Below are positions 62,201 to 64,000 of a stretch of 64,000 nt of DNA, piece after piece. A program made the translations under genes and the position numbers. The notes beneath the pieces are model-generated. The model searched no databases and was not told the origin of the DNA. It saw only the letters and a list, made by a program, of their open reading frames with translations. The stretch comes from Pseudomonadota bacterium (GTDB taxonomy: Bacteria > Pseudomonadota > Alphaproteobacteria > Rhodobacterales > Rhodobacteraceae), in assembly GCA_039183205.1 (NCBI GenBank), contig JBCDBR010000024.1:2021-66020 (forward strand), read 5' to 3'. Position 1 is the stretch's first letter. Every line of letters starts with the position of its first letter.

Positions 62201-63765
62201 GCGACCCGGTCACATTGTCTGTGATCCAAGCAGGGCTTGTTGCCGCCGCCGACGAAATGTTCGCGACCCTGCGCAAGACCGCGATGAGCCCAATCATCTA
62301 CGAAGTGCTCGACGTAGGGACCGGGATCACCGATGCGGGCGGCCAGCTGGTCAGTTCAGGGGCAGGTATCCCGACTTTTGTCGGCGTGCTCGACAAGGCG
62401 GTGACGCGGATCCTGGAGCTTCACCCGGCCAATTCGATTTGGCCCGGCGATATTTTCGTCACCAATGATCCCTATTTCGGCGGGGTCACGCACCTGTCGG
62501 ATGTGGTGATCGCCCAACCCGTCTTTTGCGCCGATCGGTTGGTCGCCTGGACCGCCAGCATCGCCCATTGGAACGATATTGGCGGAATGACGCCGGGCAG
62601 CATGTCAACCGATGCCTCAGAGATTTACCAAGAAGGCTTGCGTCTTCCAGCGGTAAAGCTGTTTGACCGCGACCGGGCCATTGCTTCGATTTTCGATATT
62701 ATCACGGCCAATTCCCGGCAACCCGATGTGGTGCGCGGCGACCTCTGGGCACAAGTTGCAGCGTCGCGGATCGCGGCGCAGCGGATCGCGGCGCTTGTTG
62801 GACGCTACGGCGTGGACGCCTATCATGCAGCATTGGCAGACAGCTTCGATACCGCCGAGGCTCGGGCACGTGCGGGCTTGGCCCTGCTTCCTTCGGGCCG
62901 GTTCGAGATCGCCGAACGCCAGGACGACGGCGCGATCTGGCACGCAACCGTGGAGATCGAACCGGAGGCCTTCACCGTTGATCTCCGCGCAGCGCCGGAT
63001 CAGCGCGCCGCACCTTACAACACCTCCCGCGATGGCGCCGTAATTTCGGCACAGATGATTTTTAAGGCGCTCAGCGACCCGACGCTGTCCGCCAATGCCG
63101 GCAGTTTCCGGCCTCTGAGGGTGCTGACCCGCGAAGGCACGATTTTTCACGCCGTGTCGCCGTCGCCCCATGGCTATTATTTCGAAACCCGCATCAGGCT
63201 TTACGACTTGCTCTGGCGCTGCCTTTCCCGCGCGATGCCCGAGCGCCTGCCGGCCGGCCACTTTGCCTCAATCTGTGGCACCGTCCTTGCCGGCGTCCAT
63301 CCCGATACTGGCCGTTGGGTGACCATGGTGGAGCCGCAGATGGGCGGTTGGGGGGCAACACGGGATCGCGATGGGCTGCATGCGATGTACTCCTGCTCGC
63401 ACGGCGAAACCTTCAACACACCGGTCGAAATCGCCGAGGCGCGCTACGGTCTGGAGGTCGCGCATAAACGGCTCTCTGACCAGCCGCCCGGAGATGGCGC
63501 GCAGAGCGGCGGGCGCGGCGTGGCTACGCGTTACCGGATGCGCGGCAAGGCGATCCTCTCCGCGGGCTTTTCGCGCAATCGCGAACCGGTTTGGGGCGCC
63601 GAAGGCGGCGCGTGCGGCGGGCGCAATGCACTGCGCGTGACCCGCGGCAACGGCCTGAAAGAGGACCACGCCTTTGTCAGCGGCCTAGAACTCGCGCCTG
63701 GTGATGTGATCGACATCGACACCGCTTCTGGCGGCGGGTGGGGCAGTGCCGTGGGGCGCGACTGA
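62197..63765 (+). CDS. Hydantoinase/oxoprolinase subunit B (copy 2)
   Basis: TAMSPIIYE, NDPYFGGVTHLSD, AHWNDIGG, EIYQEG, GGGWG; paralog of 58640-60295. Confidence 0.93.
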   Translation: MSDPVTLSVIQAGLVAAADEMFATLRKTAMSPIIYEVLDVGTGITDAGGQLVSSGAGIPTFVGVLDKAVTRILELHPANSIWPGDIFVTNDPYFGGVTHLSDVVIAQPVFCADRLVAWTASIAHWNDIGGMTPGSMSTDASEIYQEGLRLPAVKLFDRDRAIASIFDIITANSRQPDVVRGDLWAQVAASRIAAQRIAALVGRYGVDAYHAALADSFDTAEARARAGLALLPSGRFEIAERQDDGAIWHATVEIEPEAFTVDLRAAPDQRAAPYNTSRDGAVISAQMIFKALSDPTLSANAGSFRPLRVLTREGTIFHAVSPSPHGYYFETRIRLYDLLWRCLSRAMPERLPAGHFASICGTVLAGVHPDTGRWVTMVEPQMGGWGATRDRDGLHAMYSCSHGETFNTPVEIAEARYGLEVAHKRLSDQPPGDGAQSGGRGVATRYRMRGKAILSAGFSRNREPVWGAEGGACGGRNALRVTRGNGLKEDHAFVSGLELAPGDVIDIDTASGGGWGSAVGRD

Positions 63766-64000
63766 CGACGACGGACACCAAGAAATCTGCGTTCCGCGCA
63801 ACTGGCCGAGCGATTGGAGCCGATACCAAATCTTCAGACCTTTGCAGCGGGTCGGTCGCAGAAAGCCTGACTAGAAAGGCGCGCGCGCCACGTTCACCGA
63901 CTCACATTCACCGCTTTCACCCTTTGTCCTCAGCGGAACGGGCCGATAGCGGGCCCTTGGCAAAAGCAAGCGAGTGCTGATGCCAGAACCGCTGAATGAA

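Noticed and set aside
63766-64000. Possible riboswitch or ncRNA at the window end
   Set aside because: Only short GC hairpins; no recognisable aptamer consensus and downstream context is missing

Overview
GC-rich alphaproteobacterial chromosome segment; gene order and protein sequences point to Rhodobacteraceae/Roseobacter group (inference). 1-29.1 kb is mostly core genome: trpG-trpD-trpC-moaC-moeA-lexA, comEC, gltX-gltA, nucleoside hydrolase, selO, fur/mur, yaiI, DMT, eno, tyrS, anmK, olsB-like, bamE, yceD-rpmF-plsX-fabH-ihfA-MerR-tRNA-Pro(GGG)-dcd. The 3' end of dcd turns abruptly AT-rich and marks the start of an accessory region with two catabolic clusters. Cluster 1 (29.4-48.4 kb, GntR/HutC regulator with two candidate operators) encodes a YnjBCD-like ABC importer, a GH51 furanosidase, a nucleoside hydrolase-like enzyme, a fucose-isomerase-like enzyme, a ketose 3-epimerase, split DhaL/DhaK, a LacD-like aldolase, an aldehyde dehydrogenase, a CoA ligase, a catalytically altered thiolase-fold/DUF35 pair and an MFS transporter. 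It reads as a complete pathway I do not recognise for a furanoside substituted at its terminal carbon, for example algal arsenosugars, 5-thio/5-deoxy ribosides or arabinonucleosides; this is the best candidate for a new system. Cluster 2 (50.2-63.8 kb, XRE-cupin regulator) encodes a peptide-type ABC importer, one hydantoinase/oxoprolinase A subunit, two B paralogs, a hydantoin-type racemase and an Xaa-Pro peptidase, suggesting catabolism of a cyclic dipeptide or lactam. No integrase, transposase, CRISPR array or rRNA was seen. All calls come from reading the sequence and motifs by eye; no database search was run.
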